Shown piece after piece: positions 51,771 to 63,299 of a stretch of 64,000 bases of DNA (position 1 is its first letter; each line of letters starts with the position of its first letter). The position numbers were made by a program, and so were the translations under genes. The notes beneath the pieces are model-generated. The model saw only the letters and a list, made by a program, of their open reading frames with translations. It did no database searches and had not been told where the DNA came from. The DNA is from Geosiphon pyriformis uo1 (taxonomy: Eukaryota; Fungi; Glomeromycota), in contig JAAOMT010000697.1 of the NCBI GenBank assembly GCA_016748015.1, positions 124,001 through 188,000 on the forward strand, given 5' to 3'.

Positions 51771-54700
51771 TAAGTTGTAGAGGTGATTGCTTTTCAAGGA
51801 GATAAATGAAGGTGGTTGGTAGTTCTTCTACTAGTTCAGATACTCCAAATTCGATTTCATTTTTATCATTCTCATTTGGCAGAGGAATGCTAAGAGCATA
51901 GTATTCTAAACACCATTGGTCATCACAAGGCATGATGTATTCTTCACATAATTGAATGTTCATTTGCTCTAATTGTTGAATTTGAGCTTCTTTGGTCAGA
52001 TATGTGTGGCTTGCAATTTGGTGATATGTTTCTGCTTCATCTTCATAATCAAATCCAGCTAATTCCATGGTATACTCAATGTATTTAGCTTCTTTTATTT
52101 GACAGACATTTTTTTAAGTGGCTCTATTGATCAATGCTATTGCTAGGTCAAAAATCATTTCAGCATTATAAGGGTAGTGGTAAAGTTTATTGAGAGCACT
52201 GTTGTATGCTGTATCAAATAGTGTTCCTCTTCTGACTTTTTCCGAAATTAATAGAGCATATTAACAGATTTGATCACATACTTTTCTTTTCATTGCAACA
52301 TCAATCCAGTTGCATTCTTCTGATAACATATCTCCACATGTAAAGCAAGGTGTGTTGTCCTATTTTCCACTTCTTTTTGGAGATCCAAATCGTTCTCTAT
52401 GGCATGCTTTGCAAAAATAACAGGTATGAGTTTCATATTTCTCTTCTGGAGAAATACATGCTCCCATTGATGAAAGTTTCTTGTTGCAATCTTTGTATTT
52501 GAGTGGAATATAAGGTGGTTGTTTCCATGGTTCTGGTGTAGAATATCTAACTTTCTTTTATCCTCTTGATTCTTCAAAAATCTCCTGTTCTGTTTCTTCA
52601 GCCCAATTAGATGTTGATCCAAGAGCCATGTAGGTTTTAGTAAGTGGCATTTCTTTCTCCTCTTCAAATTCAAATACTGGGGCTTTTTCTGATTGTTTGT
52701 TAAAAGTACCACAAGTAACAGGTACTATGGTGTATTGTCCTTGGTATGAGATTTTTAATTCCTGAGTTTCCCAGTCCAAGTTTGCATTGGTTTTAAGAAG
52801 CCAATCATTTCCGACCAAAGCTTGGTATTGGGGTGCATCCATAACTAGAACTTTGACTGGAATGATGATTCCATCAATAGTGAATGGAAAATTGTCAATT
52901 TTTTCTACTGGTGTCTTTTTCATACCATCTGCTATAACAATTACAGTTTGGGCTGGTCTGTCAACAGTTCTTTGAAGCTGTTGTATTAACTGGTAAGTGA
53001 TAATACTTCCAGCTGATCCACTGTCTAGAATTAGTCAGATGGGTTTTTCTTCTACTGTAGCTTCAGTGTACATGGCAGTGATAGCTTTTTGTTCATTAAC
53101 TGCTGCATTACTAAGCAAGAATGGTGATTCATTTGCTTTAAATTCGAATGGAAATATATCTGAAAGGTTGGCATTTTGGGCAATTTGAGCTGGTGGAATA
53201 GTGTTGTTGGAAGGGTTTGATTTGGGTGCTACAACTTTACCTTCAGAAAGTACAGATTGTTGAAAATCCGATTCCTCTGGTATTGTAAGATAACTGGATT
53301 GAGTGTAATAGTAATTGGGTCTTTGCTGACCAGAATTTTGGGAAACCAATTGGTTATTTGGATTAATTTTGTTGTTGTTATTCTGAAATTGATTTTGGAG
53401 TGTGAATTGGTTATGTTGAACCAATTTTCTTGCTGGTACTTGATATTGTTGAGTAGATGGTGTCTGATATTGCTAAATTGGTAAAGGTTGCTGATATTGT
53501 TGTTGAATTGGTTGTGGAGCTGGTTGATAATAGCTGTTTTGAATTTGTGGTTTCAGTGAATAATAAGTTGGTAATGGGGATTGGTAATAAGATTGTTGTG
53601 GTGAAAAGTAATGTTGATTACTCTTGTTATGTTGATCTCTTTGTAGTTTCCTGCAATCTCGTTTCCAGTGTCCTGAAATTCCACAATAGTGACAATTTTG
53701 AGATTGGTTGTTGGATGGTGATCCAAAGTTGTTTTGTTGCTGTGGTGGTTGATATTTTTGTAGTTGTTGCTGCTGTTGTTGCTGGTTTGTAAAATAGCTT
53801 TCAACCTTTTTTGTGAGTTGGTCTATCTTTTCTTCAGCTGCTGAGCTGGTTTCTCCAATAGCCAAGTTAACAAGTTTGGTGTGGTTCACTTCTTCCATAG
53901 CCATTTCATAATTCTTTGCATGTCTAATAGCAGTTGCTAAGTCTGCTGAAGCATGTGGATGGACTTTTTTAATCAGTTTGTCTTTTAACCCTGCTATAAA
54001 CTGATTCAGAATTTGAGCATCAGAATAGTAGTCATTGGTTTCCAATTGTCAAATTTGTCTGAAAAGTTTGTTGAATCTTCCAAAATAAATCATAACAGTT
54101 TCAGATGTTTCTTGCTTAATATTGTGAAAGTGGTTTTTGAGAGTGATAGAAGTGTTGTTGTCAGTGAATTGTTGTAGAAAAGCATTTTTGAATGCTTGCC
54201 AGTTTTTAAATGGTTCTTCTAAGTTTTTAAACCATTCTTCTGCAGTTCCTTAGAGAAAGTATGAAATTGCTTTGAGCATTCTTGCTGCATTCCAACTATT
54301 TGCATCTTCTGCTTTTTGAACTTTGTCAAGCCATTCTTGAGGACTGGTATTATTATCTTTACCCGTGAATTCTGGAATTTTTGCAATATAAGCAGTTGCC
54401 ATTTCTTTTTCATTTTCTGTGGCTTCTTCTGGTTCTGGTTTAGTTTCTTCACTTTTCAAGCTTTCTGAATGATTACTTTCGTTTTCCTGTAAATAATCAA
54501 TGATATTGGCACTTGTTTATATTGGTTCCTGTTGTTGAGTAAGATTTCTAGGTGACTGAAAATCTTCTGGTCTGGAGAAATGGTTAAGTGGTAAACTTGG
54601 TGTTTGTGATTGAACAAGTGAAATTGGAAATGGTGTAATAGAAAGTGGTAATTTGACACTGGTTCCTTGTTCAGGTGTTTGCAAGTGTTTGGCAGTTGTT

Positions 54701-55146
54701 TTTGGTAGTATTGAAGTGTTTGAAGTGGTTCTTGAGTATTGTTTCACTTTTTGTTTGCCTTTGTTGCTTGTCTCTGTTTTTGATTCAAAGTTAAAAGAAT
54801 ATTTGGGCTGTACTGGGTATTTTTCTTCACAGTACTCAATAATATTAAAATTAAGTTCTTGGAAGTAGGTAGCAAGTGTTTCACTGTTCAGGTCTTCTGT
54901 TCCCAATTGTGAATAGTGCACTAAATTATTGTAGAGGTTGCTTCTAACTTCTAAAATGTTGTAGTTTCCAAAAAGATAATTGTTGATACAATTTTCAATA
55001 TATTGGTATACTGATTTTTTGACAACTTCAATTCCGTCTGGGATGTTGAATTTTTGCTTGCAGTGGGTGTAAATTGACTGATGATACTCTAGAGTTGTTG
55101 TGTCTGGTGTGGTCGCCACTTTGAATTTGTTGTTGCTGTGTTATTT

Positions 55147-55162
55147 CCATGGGAGAGCACCA
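55147..55162 (-). promoter_or_regulatory. Primer binding site of gypsy copy B
   Basis: Minus strand TGGTGCTCTCCCATGG, two nt after the 5' LTR, is complementary to a tRNA 3' end ...GGAGAGCACCA. tRNA identity not determined. Confidence 0.8.
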
Positions 55163-55744
55163 AATGTTACTAGAGGTTTTTGGTCTCTTTTCTTGAATGT
55201 TGTAAATGTCTGTTGGTTGCAAATTCACATTTTCTAGAAGTAGTTGAACCTTCAATAACTGAATTTATCTTCAAATTATCTTCTATAATTTGAACTTGCT
55301 GGGCTTATAAGTGGAATGGCCAATTCCTTGCCAGTTACTTTATGTAGTTACATTGTAGTAAATGTCAACTCTTTTCCAGGAATTGCTCATCTGGAAGCTC
55401 ACTAAAAATGTGTAGTTACTTTGCTATAAAAGTCAACTTTTTTACAAAAATCTTGTTTGTAGGCTACCCTAATAATTATAATAAGAAAATAAAAGAAATG
55501 TAAAAGAAATTGAATTTTGTTAAGGGAAACGTTTTCTATCCAGGCCTGGAGTCACTAACAGTTTACTGAAATTGGTAGCTAATCAATTTCAAAATGTTAG
55601 TTGGGTTTTGGGGATTTTCCAAGTGCAATAATTAAAGAATTTGGTTTTTCAAATTATTTGATATTTTTTTTTTTTGTGTGTGTAGGAATGGTTCTAAGTG
55701 ATAAATCTAAAGTAAAATACATTTTCTTGAAGAGAAAAGCTCTT

Positions 55745-55940
55745 TTTTTATACAACTTGTTGTAGTACTAGTTTATGAACTTGCACTTTTTCTCTTTGCT
55801 CAAATTTTGGCAAACTAAAGATACATTTTGATGGACTACAAGTTATTTTGCTAAACTATTGATTAATTTGGGTGAACTATTCATAATTTCGGCGAATTTC
55901 TATAAATTTCGGCGAATTTTTTATAAATTTCGGCAAATTT
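55745..55940 (-). promoter_or_regulatory. LTR U3 promoter: seven ~20-21 bp repeats (core TTCGGCGAA) followed by a TATAAAAA box at 55752-55745
   Basis: Units start at about 55802, 55824, 55844, 55864, 55884, 55904 and 55925. The same arrangement occurs in the other two LTRs (~46850-47045 and ~37496-37670). Confidence 0.7.
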
Positions 55941-58900
55941 CTGAATGTTACAAAGTTCAGGGTATTGTGTAATTTGATCATCCTACTTTTTGTTATACTA
56001 ATTGGATTATTTAATTGAATCATAATATGTGATAATTGATTAAATAATAAATGATAATTTGAAATGATATTAATATACTAATTAATTATAGGAATTATAA
56101 GAGTAATTTCATGCTAATTAATAGCTAAAATTCTACTGGTAATACCATGCATGTTGACTAGGCTAATTCAGACAAAGAAGCATGGGATATAAGAGATCAT
56201 TATAGGGTGCTGCTCTACACACTGCCAATAAGAACTAATGTTCATAATATCTGGGACTTTGTTAAATCTGTAAGTAAGAAGACATGTGTCATTGATTGCC
56301 ATTCAGTTATATATGCTCGGATCAAATGTGCTGTTGTTTGTTTTAATTCTGCTGAATCATTAGATGCTGTCATAGGAACTACACTAGTGCTTAGAGGCAC
56401 TAATTTATGTTGGTCTAGTCTTATATCTACTAAATGTGCCAAGTGTGGAAAGCTGGGTCATATATTATTAAACTGTACTGAGAATGGAAAGATTTCTTTT
56501 AATAGCTTATTGTGTAGAGTGCTTTCAGATGCAGATAAAAGCAGACTGGCTGCAATATATGCCAAACAATCTGCTCTGGTTGCTCGTCCTGTTTTTTTTG
56601 GTGGTCTCTTTTGGGCTAAAGTAGCTGGTGGGTTTTCTTTTCTTCCTCTCTTTGGCCAGGTTGTTTCATTAAATATTGGCTTCTCTTTGGAAATGAAGCC
56701 ATTCTTACTGGTTGCAATGGAAATCAATGATAGATTTGCTATTCTTGAACACAGTTTTGCCAGCCTTACAAAGCATGTTGATATGCTGGCTAAGAAATTA
56801 AAAGCACCTGAGCCAATGGTTTCTCAGCTTAGCCTTAAATATCAGCTGTTGGTAACCCCTTTATCACAGAATCAAGAGATGAATATAGTAATGAGTAAAA
56901 GTTTAGGTGTGGTTATTGGTAGTAAAACTGTTGTGGAAGTGGTAATTTTTGATTTTTCTGTTATTGAAAAAATAGAGGACACTTTAAAAAATCTTGTAAT
57001 TATGATTATGAGCCTTTTGGCCAAAATGAACAATGCTGGTTTGGTTCTTATTGCTCTCTCTTCTCAATAATGGAGCTAGTATAGAAGTTTGCTACATGTA
57101 ATGTTCAAGGTCTCAATATTTCTGTTAAGCAGGAAGACATTGTTTGTTGGCATAAAGAGTTCAGAAATATGGTATCTATTGTTATGGAAACAAAATTAAA
57201 GTCTAATATTAGGCCATAGATTATGAACAAATTTGATGGAGTGTGCATTTTCACATCTGGCCTAAATAATGGGTTTCTTGGGGCTGGAGTGGCAATAATT
57301 ATAAACAATTCTCTGGCTCGACATGTTTTCAAGATGGAGGAGGTTTCTGGTTGTGTTATTTTGGTGTGTTTTCTTTTTAAGGACAAGATTTTGGTCTTAA
57401 TTATTGGTTTGTATGCTTGTGCTTCTTCTGGTAACCAGTTTGGACAGGTGTCTGGTATTAATTTTTTCATAGCTTGGGTGGTTAACTCCAGTAGTTTTGT
57501 TGTTTTGAGTGGTAATTTCAATGAAGACAGATCTATGAAGAGTACAAGTTATAGATTTTGTTTGGGTCTAGGCTTAGTCAATTCTTTTGGTAGACATCCT
57601 TTAACTGGAGCTTCTACATGGAACAACTTGAGAGGTGTTAAGAAAGTTATTGATTACATCTTGATTAGTGAAATCTAATCTTGGTTGTGGCCAGTCATAA
57701 GGTTAACTCTGTGTCTGAATTTTTTAATACTGATCACAAAGCTGTCTTAGTCTCAGTGGGCTTGGGTGGGCTTTTAAATGTTTGTTTGGGGGGTTTGCAC
57801 AAACAGGTAAGTAAGGATTGCTGGAGATTCAAGCTGAAAGACATAAATATTGATAGGTAAAAACATTTTATGAAGTGTTCTTCAGACAAATTTTTGAAGA
57901 AGTCAGTTGGTTTTTATGCCGCAGAACATAGAATATTCTTAAAAAGATGATGATTGATTCTGCTGATGAAACATTCTCCAAACTCTGGTTCAGTAAGTTT
58001 GAAGGTGTAAGGAACAAGTTATCTTCTAGGTTTCACAGGTTGGAGTTGTTAATGTTCAAAATTGTTATTAATTTAAATTCAAGTCTGGGTTTAAAGACTG
58101 ACTGCTTGGTTGGTATCTAAACAGGCATAGATAGGAAGGAGACATCCAAGATTCATATTATGATTGATAAGAGTGATAGAATTAAGAACATTTTATGTCA
58201 TATTTTGGTTGTCAAGAGAGGTTACCACAGATTTAAGTATCATGAATTTAGAGTTGTCAGGGATGATTCTATCAGGAAGGCCATGTTAAAATGCATGAAA
58301 AATTTTAGCTTAGATAAAGAATGAATGATAAGAAACATTCTAGATCAGTCTTTCAAAAAGGTGGTTCTTAATCATTTGATTGTTAATAATGAGCTTATCT
58401 TGGAGTCTCAGGCTGTCAAATCTTTAATTGATACTATTATAGAAAAGTAGACAAGAAAACATTTGGTCTCTAGTGCTCTGCTGAATCATTGGTCTGATTA
58501 ATATGCTTTTTTAGATCATGTAAATGATAATACATTTTCAGGGGTTATGTGCAATATTAGTATGGATGAACTTCTGCAGATTGTCAGAGACTTGTCAGAT
58601 GGCAAGGCTGCTAGGCTTTTTGGTATTCCCAATAAACTATGGAAGCACAGTGATTCTTTGGTCCTCAATGGTTTTTTGGGCATTTTCAATAGATGTTTAA
58701 AATCTAGAAGGATTTCTATGCAATGAAGAAACTTTTGGGTTTTCATGATTCTTAAATCTTATGATTAGAAAAGCACTCTTACCAATACTAAACCAATAGC
58801 ACTAATTGAGACTGCATGGAAAATCTTATCTAAAATTCTTTCAAACAGAATCTCTTTGGCTTGCAGCAGATTTGATGTTTTACATGGTGACAATTTTTTG

Positions 58901-61879
58901 GTGTTAAAGAGCATTTCTATACAATCCTCTATTTTTGCTGTTGGCTTAATTGTCAAAGACACTTTGGAGAAAAACAGGAAGTTGTGGTTGGTTCTTTAAA
59001 ACATGCATAAGGCCTATGATTCTGTTAGGTGGTCTTATTTATTCAATAATTTAGTTAGGATTAAAATGTGTTTCTACTTCATAAGCTTCTTTGGCAGCAT
59101 ACACAATGGTAGATTTAATCAGGTTATGACAAATTTTGGTTTGTTTGATGGTTATGTTGTGCATGATAGTCTGGATTAAAAGGAGGTATTTTTACCATTG
59201 CTGTGGCATATTTTCTATGACCTATTGCTTTGTGAAGTCAAAAAACATGAACAATTGTATGACTACTGGATGTGTTTGAGATTTTACATCAAGTTCAGCA
59301 AACCTAACTCAAGTAATGACAGAACCTTATTTTTTGCTATAGGCATCTTTGTAGATAACACAATCTGAATTGGAAATTGTTTGATAACAATGCAAAATAT
59401 CTTGAATATAATCAATGAGTTTTTTCTATCAATGACATTTCAATTAATACTGAAAAGACTGTTACTATTCTATCAACCAAGGTGCTAGGAGGGCTGAACT
59501 ATTCATTAGTGGTTCAAGAATTTCAATGGCTAAAAGAGGCGAGTTTTATTGTTATTTGGGAATTTTTTTGTCAACTAAAGACCTTTCTAAGCCAAGTTTA
59601 GCCAAAGCTTATGTTGATGTCAAATTTTTTTCAAATGTGGTTTTGAAAAAAACCATTACTAAGAAACAATTTTTGTATTTGGTTTCTGCTGTTTTGCAGC
59701 TTATCATTTGTTACAGATTTCAATTTAGCTTTGCCTTTAAGAGTGTTTGTGAGAAATAAGACAAATTATTAAGAAAGAGGCTTAAGTTCAAGGCAAATTT
59801 GCCTAAAGACTTTCCTAGTGTAACACTGCATTATTCTGAACTGTATGGCCTGAAGTCTTTTAAACAGATGCTTTCTGAGAACTTGCTAGCCAACCTAATT
59901 AATTTTAGTAATGCTGATAAAACTCTTAGCAGATTTTTTGAACACAGAGTGATGAATCTACAGGTTACTAGCTGGATGCCCCAGCACCCTTTCTGCTTTT
60001 CAGTCACATTACCTGTTAATCTTTTGAATTGTTTTTTGGCTGGTGCTACACGTATTTTTGTTTTGTGCAAAACCTCCTTAGGTAGTACTTTTTCTAATGT
60101 TTTTTGGGCTGAAACTGGTGTGTTAATCTTGGATATACTGGGTCTGAATGGTTATCTGGATGTAAGAACTTTTCTCAGGAAATATGGCCTTATTTTTACC
60201 AACCAACTTTTAAATTGTTATGGTGTGTGCTTCACTTGGAACATTTTTTGTAAATAGAAGAGACTTGATCCAAGAGATCCAATTCCAACCTAGTTTGTTT
60301 TTGTTACTAATTTTGTCAAAAGTAGTGGTTTGGGCAATAACATGTCTACAAAGTCTCATTTTGCTCCCACCAAATCTTCTTGTGATATTTGTTTTATGTC
60401 TGGGCATTTGTTGGCATCCTAGTGTAACTTTATTGAAATTTACACTAATAAGTCTGTTAAGAGTTTGGGATCTATTAGTGCCTATGGTAGCACTGCTGCT
60501 TATTTTCCAAAAGCCAATGCTAGCATTGGTGTGAAAATTCTTGGTTTATTATTCTTAATACTAGTAGAGCTACAAGCCATTGTTTTGGTACTGGAGTGTA
60601 TACTTGTTTCTAGTACAGTTAAATTGTTTACAGATAGTTAGACATCACTAAATGTATGTAAGTTTGATGTGGACATGTCTGGTCCTGATTTTTACCACAA
60701 ATGCTGGATTGAAAAGGAGCATATTTGTCAAGTTATTTTGAAAAAAAATCTGTCAGTCATGTAGAAGAAGATCAAAAGACATTCAGGCATTGTTGGGAAC
60801 AAATGAGTGGATTTTTTTGTTGACTCAACAGTTTGTTCTGAGTCTATATTGCCCCTAAATATGTTATATTGCTTCCTTAGAGTTGAGAACAAACCTGTTT
60901 TTAGGAATACACATTATTTTGTCAAAAGTTTATTTAATGCTGTCAATTTTGTCAGTTGAGACTCCAGGTGTGGTGCCAGCATCATTAATATTAGTGTTGC
61001 TGACAACATTGATGCACCCAAATCATTTAATGTTTGGCACCCTAATGGTAAGATCCACTTTGATTATACCAGTTTGTTTTCAGCTTCTCTGTGGTCTTAT
61101 CTTATAAAATCTCTGCATTGTTGCCTGCTGGTCACTGTAAGGAAGAGGTTATACAATCCTAGATATTCTAGTGTGGTATATATTAAGTGTGGAATAGTTG
61201 AAGACTTTGGTCACTTGTTTCTATGTTCATATGATGACAATGCCAAAGAAACTATATTATTGTCTATTGGTAAAAAGTGGTGTAAAATAGCTGGTAGATC
61301 TATTGTGAGAAGTAAAATGGCACAATTTTTACATAAGGCTAAGTTATCTAATAATTTGTACATGTTATTGGCCAAGGAATTTGTGTTAAAAAGTTGGGCA
61401 GCTGATGCTACCTTGTGTCTTGGCTTTACTTCTGGTGGCTGTTTGATTGTCAAGTTGGTTTGCAGTCTTATAAAGAGTTACAGATCGGATATTTGGTTGT
61501 TTGCAGCCAAATTAAGGGCCTTTTATGAGAAGCACAATCTTTTACTATGTAATGAATCTGTGGTGCCATTAGTTACTAGTTTTTTAGACTTCTGAGCTGT
61601 TAATATTGTTCGCAGTCTTGGTATCAGGTTGAGTATTCATATGAGTTTTAGTTTGTGTTCTTGTGTTGCTAATTTGGGTTTTGGTTTTTTGAGTGATATT
61701 TCTTTAACAAATTCTATGAATACATAATACTGTCTTGACTGGGCTGAGTATCTGGTCACATGTAGAAAAGACATAAGCCATACTTAATTTAGAATCTTGT
61801 TTGATTTTATGTATTTAGGTAGTGGTTGGACTGCACTCATTAAATCCTTAATAAAAAAATAAAATAAAATTAATATATA

Positions 61880-63070
61880 TTTTTTTCTTTTATGTTTAAA
61901 ATTCTCTAAAGAACCAATTTGATAAAAGAAGTTTTTATTTGTTATTTTTTTTTATTTTTTTGTTTTTATTATTTCTCAAAACACAAACTTATTTATTATT
62001 ACTTTGGTAAATACTATTAGTAGTATAATATTCAAAAAAAAGTTGGCTAAAAATGTTGTTTTAAAATTTAATAAATAAAAATTTGATGTAAAAATCTAAA
62101 ATATTAATTGGCAAAGTAAAGTACTTAGGTAATAAAACAAATTTAGAGTTCAAATTACTTTTATATAATATTAGTTAGTTTAAAATATAGATATTTTTTC
62201 TGATAATATAATAAAAAACTTGACTATAAATAATATTGGCTATAATATTAGGAGTAAAAACAAAAGATTTTTAAATTTTTGCACCAATACTTTGAAAATA
62301 AAATAATTTAATTTTGAAAAAATGGCTATCTCTTTTTTTGGTTTATGTAATTTCAGTTTTGATAATAATATTAATACTATAGACTTTTTTTTATCTTTAT
62401 TAATTGGTTTTATTTTAATATTAAATACTTATATTAAAGAAAAAAAAATTTTAATTCAGCCAAATTTTTTATTCTGAATGTTAATTTTTTAACTATGTTT
62501 AACAAAAATTTAAGTAACAAATTTAAGTTCATTAAAAAAAATTTTTAATATTAACAGTTTTAAGAAAGCATTAATTTTCTTAAAATTCCAAAAAATTATT
62601 AAAGTATTATTTATATTTAAATCTAATCTTGAAATCACAAAGCAGTTGTAAAAAAAATTCCAATTAATATTAATCTAAAAAAATCAACATTAGATTAGAT
62701 CAAGAAATAATAATTAAGAAAATTTTGGTTAATTTTTTTAAATTGACAGTTGAATTAATTTTATTTAAATTTGGCAAAATTATTTTAATTAGAATACAGC
62801 TTATTAGTTTTTAACAAAAAGCCTTGATTAAATTTGAGAGTTTTAAAGTTACTGATTTGGTTATGACCAAATAGTTAATTTTGTTAAAAAAAATTTAGTA
62901 CAAATTATTAAAGCCAATATTAATAAACATATCTAAGATCTAAGAAACTGCCATTATATTCTTTTATATATTTTACCAATAAACACAATTGCCTATAATC
63001 TTTTAGGTTTAATTTAGTTTATAATAAGAAAATATATTTTATTTTTTATAATTTAGTTTTCTATGTTTAA
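61880..63070 (+). mobile_element. Extremely eroded LINE 5'/ORF1 relic
   Basis: 62770-63000 reads KFGKIILIRIQLISF*QKALIKFES..., collinear with KFGIIKSIKMQLVGLWQKAVVKFKQ of LINE copy 2, but with nearly all G/C lost. Confidence 0.65.
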
Positions 63071-63299
63071 GCATACTATTACTAATCAAAATTCAAAATA
63101 TTATTTAGCATAAAATTATACTTATAATTTTTATTATTAATTAATATATATTATTATTTTATATTATTATTTATTATCTTATTAAATTATTCAAATTATT
63201 ATTCAATTAATAATTTGATTTGTATAAAACACAAATAAAACTAAATTAATCATTCTATATTAACAAAAGCATTATATTTTTGTCTTTTTAATTTTATAA

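Larger units (their letters stand above)
46257..56144 (-). mobile_element. Full-length (9.9 kb) Ty3/gypsy LTR retrotransposon copy B: 5' LTR 55165-56144, gag-PR-CysRich-dUTPase-RT-RH, IN, ORF3, 3' LTR 46257-47248; 4-bp TSD CCAT
   Basis: Paired ~0.99 kb LTRs starting TGTTACTAG and ending TAACA/TAATA. CCAT occurs at 46253-46256 and 56145-56148. Gag knuckle CHYCGISGHWKRDC, protease LILDSGSAGS (~53020), RT YLDD (~50310), RH then IN order typical of gypsy. Many premature stops. Confidence 0.95.
45245..61870 (+). mobile_element. LINE copy 2 (ORF1 ~45350-46256 plus 56145-57070; ORF2 57070-~61600 APE-RT-RNase H-CCHC), degenerate, interrupted by gypsy copy B
   Basis: ORF1 contains the CAKCGKLGHILLNC knuckle. 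ORF2 contains KFATCNVQGLN, GAGVAII, SGNFNE, IDYILIS, RT FVDNT (~59350), RNase H ELQAIVLVLEC (~60570) and KCGIVEDFGHLFLC. A-rich tail at ~61850-61870. Confidence 0.9.

Noticed and set aside
42779-54868. Plus-strand ORFs opposite gypsy gag/pol
   Set aside because: They are antisense shadows of the G-poor coding strand, with no recognisable motifs.
55120-55400. Gag frame starting inside the 5' LTR and reading through the PBS
   Set aside because: Several frames look semi-open because this strand is G-poor and stops may be decay. It cannot be decided without a consensus.
55800-55940. Regularly spaced repeats as a CRISPR array
   Set aside because: The context is a eukaryotic LTR with a 20-bp period, no unique spacers and no cas genes.
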